A DNA stretch of 64,000 nt, taken from the NCBI GenBank assembly GCA_965261545.1, contig CBDHDF010000006.1:160001-224000 (forward strand). The letters run 5' to 3'. Numbering within the stretch: position 1 is the stretch's first letter; each line of letters starts with the position of its first letter. The translations under genes were made by a program, and so were the position numbers. Positions 53,007-62,517 of the stretch are shown piece after piece. The notes under the pieces were generated by a model that was given only the letters and a program-made list of their open reading frames with translations, was not told where the DNA came from and searched no databases. This stretch comes from Bdellovibrionales bacterium (GTDB lineage Bacteria > Bdellovibrionota > Bdellovibrionia > Bdellovibrionales > UBA1609).

Positions 53007-55166
53007 TTATTCTTTTTTCATTAGCTGCATATCGATAAATCCAAGTCCAAGTACTCTTGAATCATTACTGATTCCTATAGATGTTGGAGAGAGTGGGTTT
53101 TTAATTTCAAATCTAATTTTTATTTTTTTGTGATTTCCTTCATGAATCTGAAAAATAAATTCTTTGGGATTTTGTTCCTGATATTCGATAGTGATTTTAT
53201 CTACAAATTTATTATTTATATAGACATTAGATGATTGAATTTTATTTTTATGATTAACGAATGCAGATAGATTAAATTTAATAGCCTTTGCATTACAATT
53301 TTTTTTTGGACTGATATTTATTATGGTATAATCATGGTTACTCCATCTTCCCCAATGTTCTATGTGAGAAAGATTTTTGAAATAATAATATTTCTTATGA
53401 TTGTATTTAGAAAAAGATATTTTTTGATTACAAGGAACAGTGTTGTATGTAATTTGATTCCACGATGATGAATTATTTAGAGGCCCATTAATTTTATACG
53501 ATATTATTGGTAGTACTTTTCCTTGACTCAAAACAGTGTATCTTGGATTCAAGTAATCGTAATAATGAAAGAGACGTTCGCGATTCTTTGGTCTAATTTT
53601 TGCAAGAAGATTAATTCCTTTATAGTCATTTGTCAAGTTGAGTGCATCTGCAATTGTCTTAGGAATATCCGAAAGTTGAGCGTGGTAAGGGTCAATAGTG
53701 AGATTGCCTGATTTCCTAAAGGGTTTGATTAATAGTGTTGATGCTGCACGGGAATATGGAGGTGTTATTTTTTCTTTATTCTTCATGTTTTTTGGTGTGT
53801 GAAATGATCCGTGGTCAGAAGAGATAATAATCATTGTGTTGTCATAAGCGCCGCTTTCTTTGATATTGTTTATAGTTTTAAGAATTTGTTTTATGGCGCA
53901 AAGCCCCTCCATAGATTTATTTTTTAAGGAGTAGAAAGATTCGCCTTTTTCCACTAATTTATTTCTAGTATTACAATTTTCATCTAGAATAGTAGGGCTA
54001 TGTGTGAGAATAGAGTGATGAAACTTTAGAGTTGGTTTATAATCTTTTATAATAAAAAATTTCTCTGTAGCTAAGTATTTTAATGATTTGAGTGGTCCAC
54101 TTTTATCTCTTCCTGCTGAAAGAGTTTGGTGTTTCATATTATATTTTATAAACCATTTTTCATTGTTGTATATTTCTGGTTTCATTGCATCTGGAACAGA
54201 TCGAAAGATTGAATAATTTAAGAGTTTAAAATATGAAGAAATATTTTTTTCGTTAATATTCTGAAGCATTACAAAGTTATTTTTTGGAAAAAGATTTTGT
54301 GCCATTGAAGATGGTGGTTCCGTGTAAGTAACTTCAAAACCTTCTTCGTCAAGTCGAATTGCTATGCTGTTGTCTCCACTTTTTTTATAAAATTCTTTAA
54401 GTTTTATTTCATTCTTGTAAATATTACTTGAAAATATTGCTGGCATCGATGCTACAGTGGTAGGAAAATTAGAGGATGCGTCGGAAAACCATATAAAGCC
54501 ATCTAATTTTTCTTTGATATTTTCATTGAGAATATACTCAAAGAGATCTGTTTGATATTCATCTAAAATAATAAAAAGTATGTTTGGATTTTTATTTGAG
54601 TATATGAAAAGTTTTTTTAGATCTGATATCTCTGCTTTGTTTTCATTATAATTATTTTTGTAGGATGATATATTAAAAACACTCACTGAAATACTAATTA
54701 AAAGGATAGATAGCAATAAGGTCAATTGTTTTTTATTTTTTTTGAATAGATTTATCCCTGCATACATCATTAGAAAAATAGTTATTTGAAAAAAATTAAG
54801 TAAGCCAAATCGATTGATTTCAATGGCGCCTCGACCATCAAATATTCCATAAGTTCCTACTAAAATAGTTGAATTGATCCAGATTGAGATCGAAGATGCA
54901 AAGAGTATAAAAATGAATTGTTGAATAATAAATTTTCTAAATAATAAAAAAATGAACAATAGAGCTATGTTAAGAATGAAAATAAAATAAAGCATATATT
55001 TTATAGAAATTTTTAGGATGGACCATGCTGATATACCAAAGAATTCTTCTGGATTGTTCGCCATAATATCAAATGGTGTTGCAATAAATAAAACCCATGT
55101 CGATAATAAGAAACATAAATTCGCTAATAAAATTTTATTAATAATATCTGTCTTTTCTTTAAACAT
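53007..55166 (-). CDS. Membrane-anchored alkaline-phosphatase-superfamily (sulfatase-like/LtaS-like) protein
   Basis: About 5 N-terminal TMs; NILFIILDEY, FPTT, THSP, YDNTMIIISSDHG; very AT-rich. Confidence 0.8.
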   Translation of the reverse strand: MFKEKTDIINKILLANLCFLLSTWVLFIATPFDIMANNPEEFFGISAWSILKISIKYMLYFIFILNIALLFIFLLFRKFIIQQFIFILFASSISIWINSTILVGTYGIFDGRGAIEINRFGLLNFFQITIFLMMYAGINLFKKNKKQLTLLLSILLISISVSVFNISSYKNNYNENKAEISDLKKLFIYSNKNPNILFIILDEYQTDLFEYILNENIKEKLDGFIWFSDASSNFPTTVASMPAIFSSNIYKNEIKLKEFYKKSGDNSIAIRLDEEGFEVTYTEPPSSMAQNLFPKNNFVMLQNINEKNISSYFKLLNYSIFRSVPDAMKPEIYNNEKWFIKYNMKHQTLSAGRDKSGPLKSLKYLATEKFFIIKDYKPTLKFHHSILTHSPTILDENCNTRNKLVEKGESFYSLKNKSMEGLCAIKQILKTINNIKESGAYDNTMIIISSDHGSFHTPKNMKNKEKITPPYSRAASTLLIKPFRKSGNLTIDPYHAQLSDIPKTIADALNLTNDYKGINLLAKIRPKNRERLFHYYDYLNPRYTVLSQGKVLPIISYKINGPLNNSSSWNQITYNTVPCNQKISFSKYNHKKYYYFKNLSHIEHWGRWSNHDYTIINISPKKNCNAKAIKFNLSAFVNHKNKIQSSNVYINNKFVDKITIEYQEQNPKEFIFQIHEGNHKKIKIRFEIKNPLSPTSIGISNDSRVLGLGFIDMQLMKKE

Positions 55167-55239
55167 TTTTTTAATCCTCGCTCATAGAATTGGTTGTTTC
55201 TCATTTTTTATTGGTTATTTTTATCGGATGTATTAAAAG

Positions 55240-56394
55240 TTATGGAAAAGACGATTCTTTATATATATTATTTATAAAATTTTCTACAAATTGTCGATCT
55301 GAGTCTCCTAAATTAAAAACATATTGAGATGTAACTTCTTTATTCAAATTTATTTTTATGGAATCACAGCGTTCAATGCAATCTGATATTGGATTTTTTC
55401 TATTCCAAACCACACCTATTTTATTTCGAATGGAAACTTCAAGGGGAACAAGATCAATGGACAAATAATCGGGATTGTTCGCTTTCTTTGGTATATCACA
55501 AAATATGATTGGCTTTTGTAAACCAAAGGCATATTCAAGAGCCGCGCCAGACCAATCACTTATCATAATGTCTGAATAATGAAAACTATCATTGTTGGAA
55601 ACATTGTCTTCATAAGAGAAAAGTGAGTGCTCTTCATATAGTGCAATGATTTTGTCCACATTGGAGGCGGCATGTTTTATAGTTTGTGGATGGGGCCTTA
55701 ATGTTACATAATAGCTTTGTTTAAGCAAATCTTCAATTAGCTGCTTGGCAAGGCCAGATTCAATAAGGCCATTTGGGCCCCATGAGGGTGCTATAAGAAT
55801 ATGTTTTGTGTTTGATATGTTCTTTTTTGTTCCATATTTTTCTTGATCTTGTTGGGTAATGGTATCCAATCGTGAATATCCGTGTTCAAAGATATTTTTT
55901 GCCGGCAACTCATATTTTACCTCCATGGCTCGAATTTCTTTTACATGATGTGGTCCTGAGCAACAAATCGTATCGAAATGGTCGAAGGCGCCTTTGCGGT
56001 ACGCCATATGTAAGCTCACTAATGAATGCTGCACATAAATATAATGAACAGGGTAGTGGGAGCGCTTGACCTGATATTGATGTAAATCTGGTGTTGTCAT
56101 AATCATAAAATCAGTATCAATATTTTGAAATATCCAGTTGAGTATAAAGCCAGTGCCAACGTAAAATTTGTGATAGTTTGCGTTTTCAAGCATAAGTCCT
56201 GGGTCATCGGGGGATGAGCTGATATAACAAATTGGAGATACATTTGTCGCAAGCAGTGTACGTACTAAACCTTCAAGGTGTGGCCAATACTTGACTCCCT
56301 CACTATAAAAGGTGATGCGGCGCTTCTTTTTTGGGAGACTCATGAAGTTTATCACAGAGAAAATTCCTCTTATTGTGTTCAAAAATCTAAGCAT
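55240..56394 (-). CDS. CDP-glycerol glycerophosphotransferase (TagF-like) family protein
   Basis: QHS, GYSRLD, ILIAPSWG, LRPHP, ISDWSGAALEY. Confidence 0.85.
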   Translation of the reverse strand: MLRFLNTIRGIFSVINFMSLPKKKRRITFYSEGVKYWPHLEGLVRTLLATNVSPICYISSSPDDPGLMLENANYHKFYVGTGFILNWIFQNIDTDFMIMTTPDLHQYQVKRSHYPVHYIYVQHSLVSLHMAYRKGAFDHFDTICCSGPHHVKEIRAMEVKYELPAKNIFEHGYSRLDTITQQDQEKYGTKKNISNTKHILIAPSWGPNGLIESGLAKQLIEDLLKQSYYVTLRPHPQTIKHAASNVDKIIALYEEHSLFSYEDNVSNNDSFHYSDIMISDWSGAALEYAFGLQKPIIFCDIPKKANNPDYLSIDLVPLEVSIRNKIGVVWNRKNPISDCIERCDSIKINLNKEVTSQYVFNLGDSDRQFVENFINNIYKESSFP

Positions 56395-57190
56395 ATGGAT
56401 TCCATATTTTTTTAAGTTGTTGCTGTTGTTCCAATTTTTCGTAAAGTGTAAGATCTTCGATGGTATCGACCTCTAGCCAGCCATGGGTCACGGGCACCCC
56501 TTTAATTTTCCATCCGGCGTCGATGAGAAGTTGAAGAAAGCTCGTTAAATAAATTTTGTGGAAAGGGGTACCATCATAATACTTATTGCGATCAAGTTGA
56601 TCGTAAAAATAGATGAAATCATCAATTTTGTGTGCAGCTACTTTCAATAATCCGGTATATTGTCCGTCAATTTCATCATAGGTTTTAGGCTTCTTTCCAA
56701 GCTTTCTGATGAAGCCATTTTCATCGATCTTCAAGGTTTCGGCATCATTAAGTGGGTTTTCATTTCGTAGGCTCCATAAATCATACCATCCATAATCAAT
56801 CATAACAGAAAGATCAGCGTCATCTTTTATAACAGCTTCAAGATTTTTTCTTTCATACACAATATCACCGTAGGAAATGAGCAGATCATCAGATGAACCT
56901 TTCATAAAGGTACGCGCGAGGAACAAGCTTTCCACCATATTAGTGCTATCATAAAGATCATTTTTGAAGATTGTAAATTCAAATTTTTCTATTTTTCCAA
57001 GTTTTTCAATCTTCTCAGACAGGTAACCCGTTACAATGGCGATGGCATCAATTTCAGATCTTTGCAAAAGATCAATTTGATGGTGAAGCAACGGCTTGCC
57101 CAAGAGTGGGACGAGGCACTTTGGCCTGTCATCGGTCATGGGGCGCAAGCGTGTTCCACAGCCAGCAGCAAGAATAATACATCTTGTCAT
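56387..57190 (-). CDS. Cytidylyltransferase (LicC/Cj1416-like)
   Basis: ILAAGCGTRLRP..DRPKC, YGDI, DAETL, GWLEVDT; context. Confidence 0.85.
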   Translation of the reverse strand: MTRCIILAAGCGTRLRPMTDDRPKCLVPLLGKPLLHHQIDLLQRSEIDAIAIVTGYLSEKIEKLGKIEKFEFTIFKNDLYDSTNMVESLFLARTFMKGSSDDLLISYGDIVYERKNLEAVIKDDADLSVMIDYGWYDLWSLRNENPLNDAETLKIDENGFIRKLGKKPKTYDEIDGQYTGLLKVAAHKIDDFIYFYDQLDRNKYYDGTPFHKIYLTSFLQLLIDAGWKIKGVPVTHGWLEVDTIEDLTLYEKLEQQQQLKKIWNPYA

Positions 57191-57191
57191 T

Positions 57192-57860
57192 TTAAAATAT
57201 CCTTTTTAATAAATCTAAATCACTTTGAATGAAAGGGGTTTCCCGTTCTGGATGCCACATAATGGCTGTCACCTTTTCTTCTTTATGGGTAAAAGCTTCG
57301 ATGCGGTCATCCTTATCGCAGGCGAGGGCTTCTAAGGGCGTTGCGAGCATATCGGGTGGGATCCCATAATTGTGGTAGCTATTCACTATTTCAGGGAGGT
57401 TAAAGGCCAACTTATGGTCACGGTGAATGATTGAATGTCGATCCGAACTGGCGTGACCCTTAATTTTTACTATGTCACCACCATAAAAAAGATTAATCAA
57501 TTGCATTCCTCGACAAACTCCTAAAACGGGAATTTTTGCTTTTATTGCATATCTGAGCAACTGATGTTCATAGCTATCTCTTTTAGGAAAAAAATCTGAA
57601 AGAAGATCATCTTGGTTATTACCTTGCAATGTCTTTGCTGTAATGGAATTGCCGCCACTTAAGATCAAGCCATCTAAAGAAAGATTGGATAGTTGTGTTT
57701 TGACAAATCTGGGTTCGATATTGGGAAGTGGAAGGGGCTGTAAATCCAAGTGAAGCAATAGATCAGACCATCTTTGGTCAAGACAATCCAGAACTTCTTC
57801 ATATCGAGGGTGCTTTATAACTTTTTGAGTGATGCCGATACATTTTTTAAACATTCGCAA
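57192..57860 (-). CDS. Class I glutamine amidotransferase-like gamma-glutamyl hydrolase (Cj1417-like)
   Basis: LDQRW, LSGGN, GVCRGMQ, VNSYH, MWHPER. Confidence 0.85.
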   Translation of the reverse strand: MRMFKKCIGITQKVIKHPRYEEVLDCLDQRWSDLLLHLDLQPLPLPNIEPRFVKTQLSNLSLDGLILSGGNSITAKTLQGNNQDDLLSDFFPKRDSYEHQLLRYAIKAKIPVLGVCRGMQLINLFYGGDIVKIKGHASSDRHSIIHRDHKLAFNLPEIVNSYHNYGIPPDMLATPLEALACDKDDRIEAFTHKEEKVTAIMWHPERETPFIQSDLDLLKRIF

Positions 57861-60825
57861 TCCTATGATTTAGGCAGTCGAGTAAAATCGTACCTTGTTT
57901 GATATTTTCATAAATCTTATCACCTGTACCGATGGCCGCAGGCAAAGATATCTCTGCGCATCGAATGGCCATATGAGAGTTAGCACCACCATATTTTGTG
58001 ATAAGGCCGGCAATTTCATACCTGAACAGCCAATCAAAACCGGGGTCTGCATTTGGAATTAATACAATTTTATTGTTCAATTTATTTTTGTCACTCTTTT
58101 CGATTGTAATGGCTTCGGCGATGACACATTCATGGGTGATAAAATTGGGAATAGAGTGTATTTGCTCAAAGCCATAGAAGTCAGATTCTGATTTGATGAA
58201 AGAGGGTAATTTTACAAGTTGCTTATTTCTATCTTCTTTCATACGCCTGTGAACAAGTTTTTTGACAGCAGCCTTGTCTGTATGACCTGTTCTAAGATCA
58301 GCAATATCTGCCCATTTCATATACCCTACTTCCTTGCGTGATAATCCAAGATCTTGGTGACCATAGGCAATCAAAGTATCCAATGATAAACTTAGATTGC
58401 GTGTAAATATGAATTTACTTTTTTCCCTCGCTTGTATGGCCGAGCGTAGATAGTTAATAAATTCACTTGTTGTGATCGGGCTTTCCAATTCATCCAGTAT
58501 TTTTTGTATGGAAGATAGTTCTTCTTTGTGAAATCGAAACACTTTGACAGTATTTTTAGAATTTTTTTTTAAGGTTGCTCGTTGTCCAAAATAGAATTTT
58601 GTGTTTTCCCAATATGCCTTTTGGTTCACATCATAGGTCCCAGGACGTAAGTGACCGTATTTTTTAATCAGATATTTGAGTGACATTTTTTTATTATTCA
58701 TATCATTTTCAAAATCACTGGTAATAGTGTTAAAACTAGACTGAAATTGAAGCATACGCTCTTTGGAGATTATATTTTCTTCAACAAGGCTTTTTAAGAA
58801 AGTGATAGCAATAAAGCCAGAGCGAGCTGCATGGGCAAAGCTCAATGTTCCATAGTTCTTGCAATCTTCAATCAGAGTGTAGGCTTTTTCCAGTAATGGC
58901 AGTTTTTTTTCTCTTAGGTTATTAAAACGTTCTTCAAGTTTTGTAAGATTTTTTATATCTTGGTCCAGTCGTTGCAATGCATGAGCCGTTAGCACTTTTA
59001 GTGAGGTTTCGAGCAAGGTGATATCTTGCTCTGTTACATTTTGGCCCGCAAAGCGTTTGGTCGCATGGTACTTAAAATTGGGAATCCAAATTGTGAACGC
59101 CACTTCAAATTCAATTTTGTCGTGTAAATGTGGATTCTTCTTTAAGATATTCAAGTAGGCATTTATAATTCGTGTGGCACTGTCATTGGGTAAATCAGAA
59201 GGAGTGAGTGAATTGAGGCTTGCTCTGCAATCAATATAGGGCTGAGCACAAAAGCCATAAACAAGTGGAAAGGGGCGGAGATCTCTATATCCAAACTCGG
59301 CGCGCTGCGTTCCCCATATTTCATCTGTAATGATGTGGCGGTATAGGCTGAGTGCGAGTGGGTTGGGACGTGCTCCAATAATCTCGGCGGGATTCCAATC
59401 TGCCATATTGGAAAATAGCGTATAATCTCCAATAATTTTTAGACTTGATGGCTGCCATTTTCGAAAGTTATCACAGGAGGCATCAAGATAATCTGTTAAT
59501 GTTTTATCATCAACATTATAGCGGTCATGTTCAACAATGATGGGGCGCACTTGAAATGTATGAACATGCCCGAACTGATCAACAGCAAATTCTATATCTA
59601 GTTTGTTGAAGCCCAATAAGAGTTGCAGCTCTTTTGCGGCTCTGACGACCGTGGCTAGTCGTGCATCTATGTGAGAGATCATTTCTTTGTGGGAGTGGCT
59701 GATAATAATTGTTCGCAGATCATTTTGACGACCAGAAGTCACCATTTCTGTGGAACCCGACTTATCGTCATAGTTTATAATGTAGTATGGCATTCCAGTG
59801 TACAGATCGCAGGTAAAAATAACTCCAGAAATAATTGTATTTTGAATAAAGGGCTGGATGAGAACCTGGCTGTTATCAGTAAGTAAATTATAAGAAGCAA
59901 ACACCTTGTCAATGGCTTTTTCGAGGGAGTCATGATCGCGACCATCAATGTTCAAAATACTCTCAAAAGCACCAGCATTTGAGATTTGCCAACCATCCTC
60001 CTGTGCAGAGCTACTTCGCACAATCAAAGCTCGGTCTCCAAATTTTTCTTTTATTGCTGCGAAAGATTTTAACTTCGCATTTTGCCAATGGAGCCAGCTA
60101 CAGACCACCTGATCAGAGATAATGCTATGCTTGATGTGTGGTCGAATTCGATTCAGTGTTTCCGCTTTTGTACCGAGAACAAAATGAATCAAGTCATTTG
60201 GCTCATTCATTTCGGCCCAGTCGCCACAAACATCAAAATATGTTATACCAAAGCCTTCATCTTTGAGAAGCTCAATCAGTTCAAGAAAGCTTGAGCCAAG
60301 CCCATTGACTCCTTTCGAATGGATGAAACTTATCGCCTCACTGGTGAACTTGATAAGGCCGGTGTATTCCACATGGCCATGGGAATTGGTGATGAAGGTT
60401 TCGGCTCGGTCCATATCGGTTTGTGGTCGCTTTGCGAAGCGATGTTGCCATTGGCTATCAATGGCGATGACGACATCTGAACTGATTTTTAAAAATTGTT
60501 CTATTGTCTTTTGGTGAAAGACCGTATCGGCATACATGGCAATGACAGGCTCTGATGGCTTCCAAGAAGCTTGCATAAAAGAATGCAAAGCACTTTCAGT
60601 TTCCCAGTTGAGTGCTAAGGAAAAATTGACATTTGGGTACTTTTGAACAATTTCATCGTATTGATAACCAACAATAACGGAGATATGACTCTCCGGACAG
60701 GATTGGTGTAATGTATTGATTTGCCACTCCAATAGGCTTTGTCCATTGGCTGTTGGCCAAACACTGCATGGGACCCTTCCGTCATGACGCATCCCGGCAG
60801 CTAGTATTAAAAATTGCATAACCAT
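57847..60825 (-). CDS. L-glutamine kinase-like PEP-utilising enzyme (Cj1418-like) with N-terminal nucleotidyltransferase-like domain
   Basis: TKAETL, VRSSSAQED, SNAGAFES, DIEF, QVRP, MADWNPAEIIG, YGHLRPGTYD, ADPGFDWLF, GGANSHMAIR (phospho-His). Confidence 0.85.
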   Translation of the reverse strand: MVMQFLILAAGMRHDGRVPCSVWPTANGQSLLEWQINTLHQSCPESHISVIVGYQYDEIVQKYPNVNFSLALNWETESALHSFMQASWKPSEPVIAMYADTVFHQKTIEQFLKISSDVVIAIDSQWQHRFAKRPQTDMDRAETFITNSHGHVEYTGLIKFTSEAISFIHSKGVNGLGSSFLELIELLKDEGFGITYFDVCGDWAEMNEPNDLIHFVLGTKAETLNRIRPHIKHSIISDQVVCSWLHWQNAKLKSFAAIKEKFGDRALIVRSSSAQEDGWQISNAGAFESILNIDGRDHDSLEKAIDKVFASYNLLTDNSQVLIQPFIQNTIISGVIFTCDLYTGMPYYIINYDDKSGSTEMVTSGRQNDLRTIIISHSHKEMISHIDARLATVVRAAKELQLLLGFNKLDIEFAVDQFGHVHTFQVRPIIVEHDRYNVDDKTLTDYLDASCDNFRKWQPSSLKIIGDYTLFSNMADWNPAEIIGARPNPLALSLYRHIITDEIWGTQRAEFGYRDLRPFPLVYGFCAQPYIDCRASLNSLTPSDLPNDSATRIINAYLNILKKNPHLHDKIEFEVAFTIWIPNFKYHATKRFAGQNVTEQDITLLETSLKVLTAHALQRLDQDIKNLTKLEERFNNLREKKLPLLEKAYTLIEDCKNYGTLSFAHAARSGFIAITFLKSLVEENIISKERMLQFQSSFNTITSDFENDMNNKKMSLKYLIKKYGHLRPGTYDVNQKAYWENTKFYFGQRATLKKNSKNTVKVFRFHKEELSSIQKILDELESPITTSEFINYLRSAIQAREKSKFIFTRNLSLSLDTLIAYGHQDLGLSRKEVGYMKWADIADLRTGHTDKAAVKKLVHRRMKEDRNKQLVKLPSFIKSESDFYGFEQIHSIPNFITHECVIAEAITIEKSDKNKLNNKIVLIPNADPGFDWLFRYEIAGLITKYGGANSHMAIRCAEISLPAAIGTGDKIYENIKQGTILLDCLNHRIANV

Positions 60826-60854
60826 ATACCTGAGATTGAAAAAGCTATTTTTGG

Positions 60855-61112
60855 CTAGGAACTATTACCTTGCATTTTTGTGTCTTCAGAGGGGCTCTTT
60901 TTTTGGGGTTTCTTTTTAGAAAATCCAAAGATGGAGGTGATTTTGTACCAAAATGTCTTTATGGTGATACCGATGGCCACAAGTAAACCGATAATAACAC
61001 TCATCAGCGCACTTCCAGAACCAGGGTCAATATAAGCATGTGCATTTGAACTGAAAGAAAAAACTAATGTTGCAATAAGAATGACTAAGGTCGGAGATGT
61101 AGCTTGTTTCAT
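60855..61112 (-). CDS. Small membrane protein with AYIDPGSGS motif
   Basis: Signal-like helix ending AHA, then YIDPGSGS, a TM helix and a basic tail; GAGAGG RBS. Confidence 0.75.
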   Translation of the reverse strand: MKQATSPTLVILIATLVFSFSSNAHAYIDPGSGSALMSVIIGLLVAIGITIKTFWYKITSIFGFSKKKPQKKSPSEDTKMQGNSS

Positions 61113-61234
61113 GCAGTGGATTCCTCTCAATTATTGTGATGTTCGTTCTGTAGCGGACTTCATACTTGGAAGTCAACTCCAATATTATCTCAGTCTCTAT
61201 GCTGATGAGTGTCTAATTTGTCAGATTTGGAGGA

Positions 61235-62383
61235 GTGATGCTCCCTCGAGTTCCTTTTTTACAGCTATTTTTTCTTCTTCTAGGTGTACTGATGGGTTTG
61301 CTTCCTCTTAGTGTTTGGGCAGAAATAAGTGACATTGAATTGACCTTAGATCAGGTTAACGTTTATGCAAATGAACAGGTGAGAGATCGCTTTCCTTATT
61401 CGGGGCTTGCCCAATTTTATAATGGTATTAGCCTTTTTGTTGTTACTACCGAAGGTGTTCGAGAACTTGATTCAGAGGTCCTAATACTTGAAGAAAACCA
61501 GTGGCTGGCCATTGTCGGACACTACAAGGTCCTAGTATTTCAGAAACCTGAATTAAGCGTGATGCTGGATGGTGAGCAAATTCAGGCGAGTCTAGCTAAG
61601 CAACCTTTAGATGAGGTTTTAATTAATGCACATTTGATATTAAAGTCTGAGCTTAAAGTCCTAGACCCTACACTTGATCAACTAAGATATGCGTACTTGT
61701 GGACGCCGTTGAGAGTACTTTGTCTTGGTATTGACAAGCTTTTGTTGTGGCTCAACTCTCTTCACCCCTTCGGTTGGGGAATAACTATTGTGCTGCTTTC
61801 CATTTTGTTTAAAATATTCATTTTACCGGGCAATATATTATTGATGAATGCTCAGCGAAAAATATCGTATATCCAGGCAAGACTCGCACCTGATCTAGAT
61901 ATGATCAAAGCTAACTATTCTAGCGAGGAAGCCCATGAAATGTTTATGGCAGCTCATAAGCGATATGGCGTGACCCCTTTTTTTACACTCAAGTCTTTGC
62001 CACTGACCTTGCTTTCTGTTCCATTTTCAATTGCTATTTTTAATGTACTTGGTGAGATAGACCAAATTGAGGGACATTCGTTTTTGTGGATCAATGATCT
62101 TGTGCGGCCAGATTCAATTTACGACCTTGGGTTTCAAGTGTCATTTCTTGGTAGTTCTCTCAATTTCCTGCCTATTTTAATGACACTACTTACAATCTTT
62201 GCTGCGATTTTACATCAGAACAAGATTGTCAGTGTAAAAGAAAATCAAAAACAAAAAAAACACTTATACCTGATGGCACTTGGTTTGTTTGTTCTGTTTT
62301 ATCCATTCCCTGCCGCAATGGTATTGTACTGGACTTGCACTAATCTTTGGCAGTTAATACAGCATAGGATTATAAAAATATGA
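61235..62383 (+). CDS. YidC/Oxa1-family insertase paralog
   Basis: GWGITIVLLS, SFLWINDLVRPD, LNFLPILM, FPAAMVLYWTCTNL; GGAGG RBS. Confidence 0.85.
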   Translation: MMLPRVPFLQLFFLLLGVLMGLLPLSVWAEISDIELTLDQVNVYANEQVRDRFPYSGLAQFYNGISLFVVTTEGVRELDSEVLILEENQWLAIVGHYKVLVFQKPELSVMLDGEQIQASLAKQPLDEVLINAHLILKSELKVLDPTLDQLRYAYLWTPLRVLCLGIDKLLLWLNSLHPFGWGITIVLLSILFKIFILPGNILLMNAQRKISYIQARLAPDLDMIKANYSSEEAHEMFMAAHKRYGVTPFFTLKSLPLTLLSVPFSIAIFNVLGEIDQIEGHSFLWINDLVRPDSIYDLGFQVSFLGSSLNFLPILMTLLTIFAAILHQNKIVSVKENQKQKKHLYLMALGLFVLFYPFPAAMVLYWTCTNLWQLIQHRIIKI

Positions 62384-62517
62384 TTCTTTCTCACGATCTT
62401 GATAGCTTGTTACGAAATTATGCCTTTGGAGGTGTAAATAAATAACTTTTATTTTTTTTACTTGTCTTTACTAGGAAAGTTGACATCATACAGCAAAGTT
62501 ATTTTTTTACACCTCCT

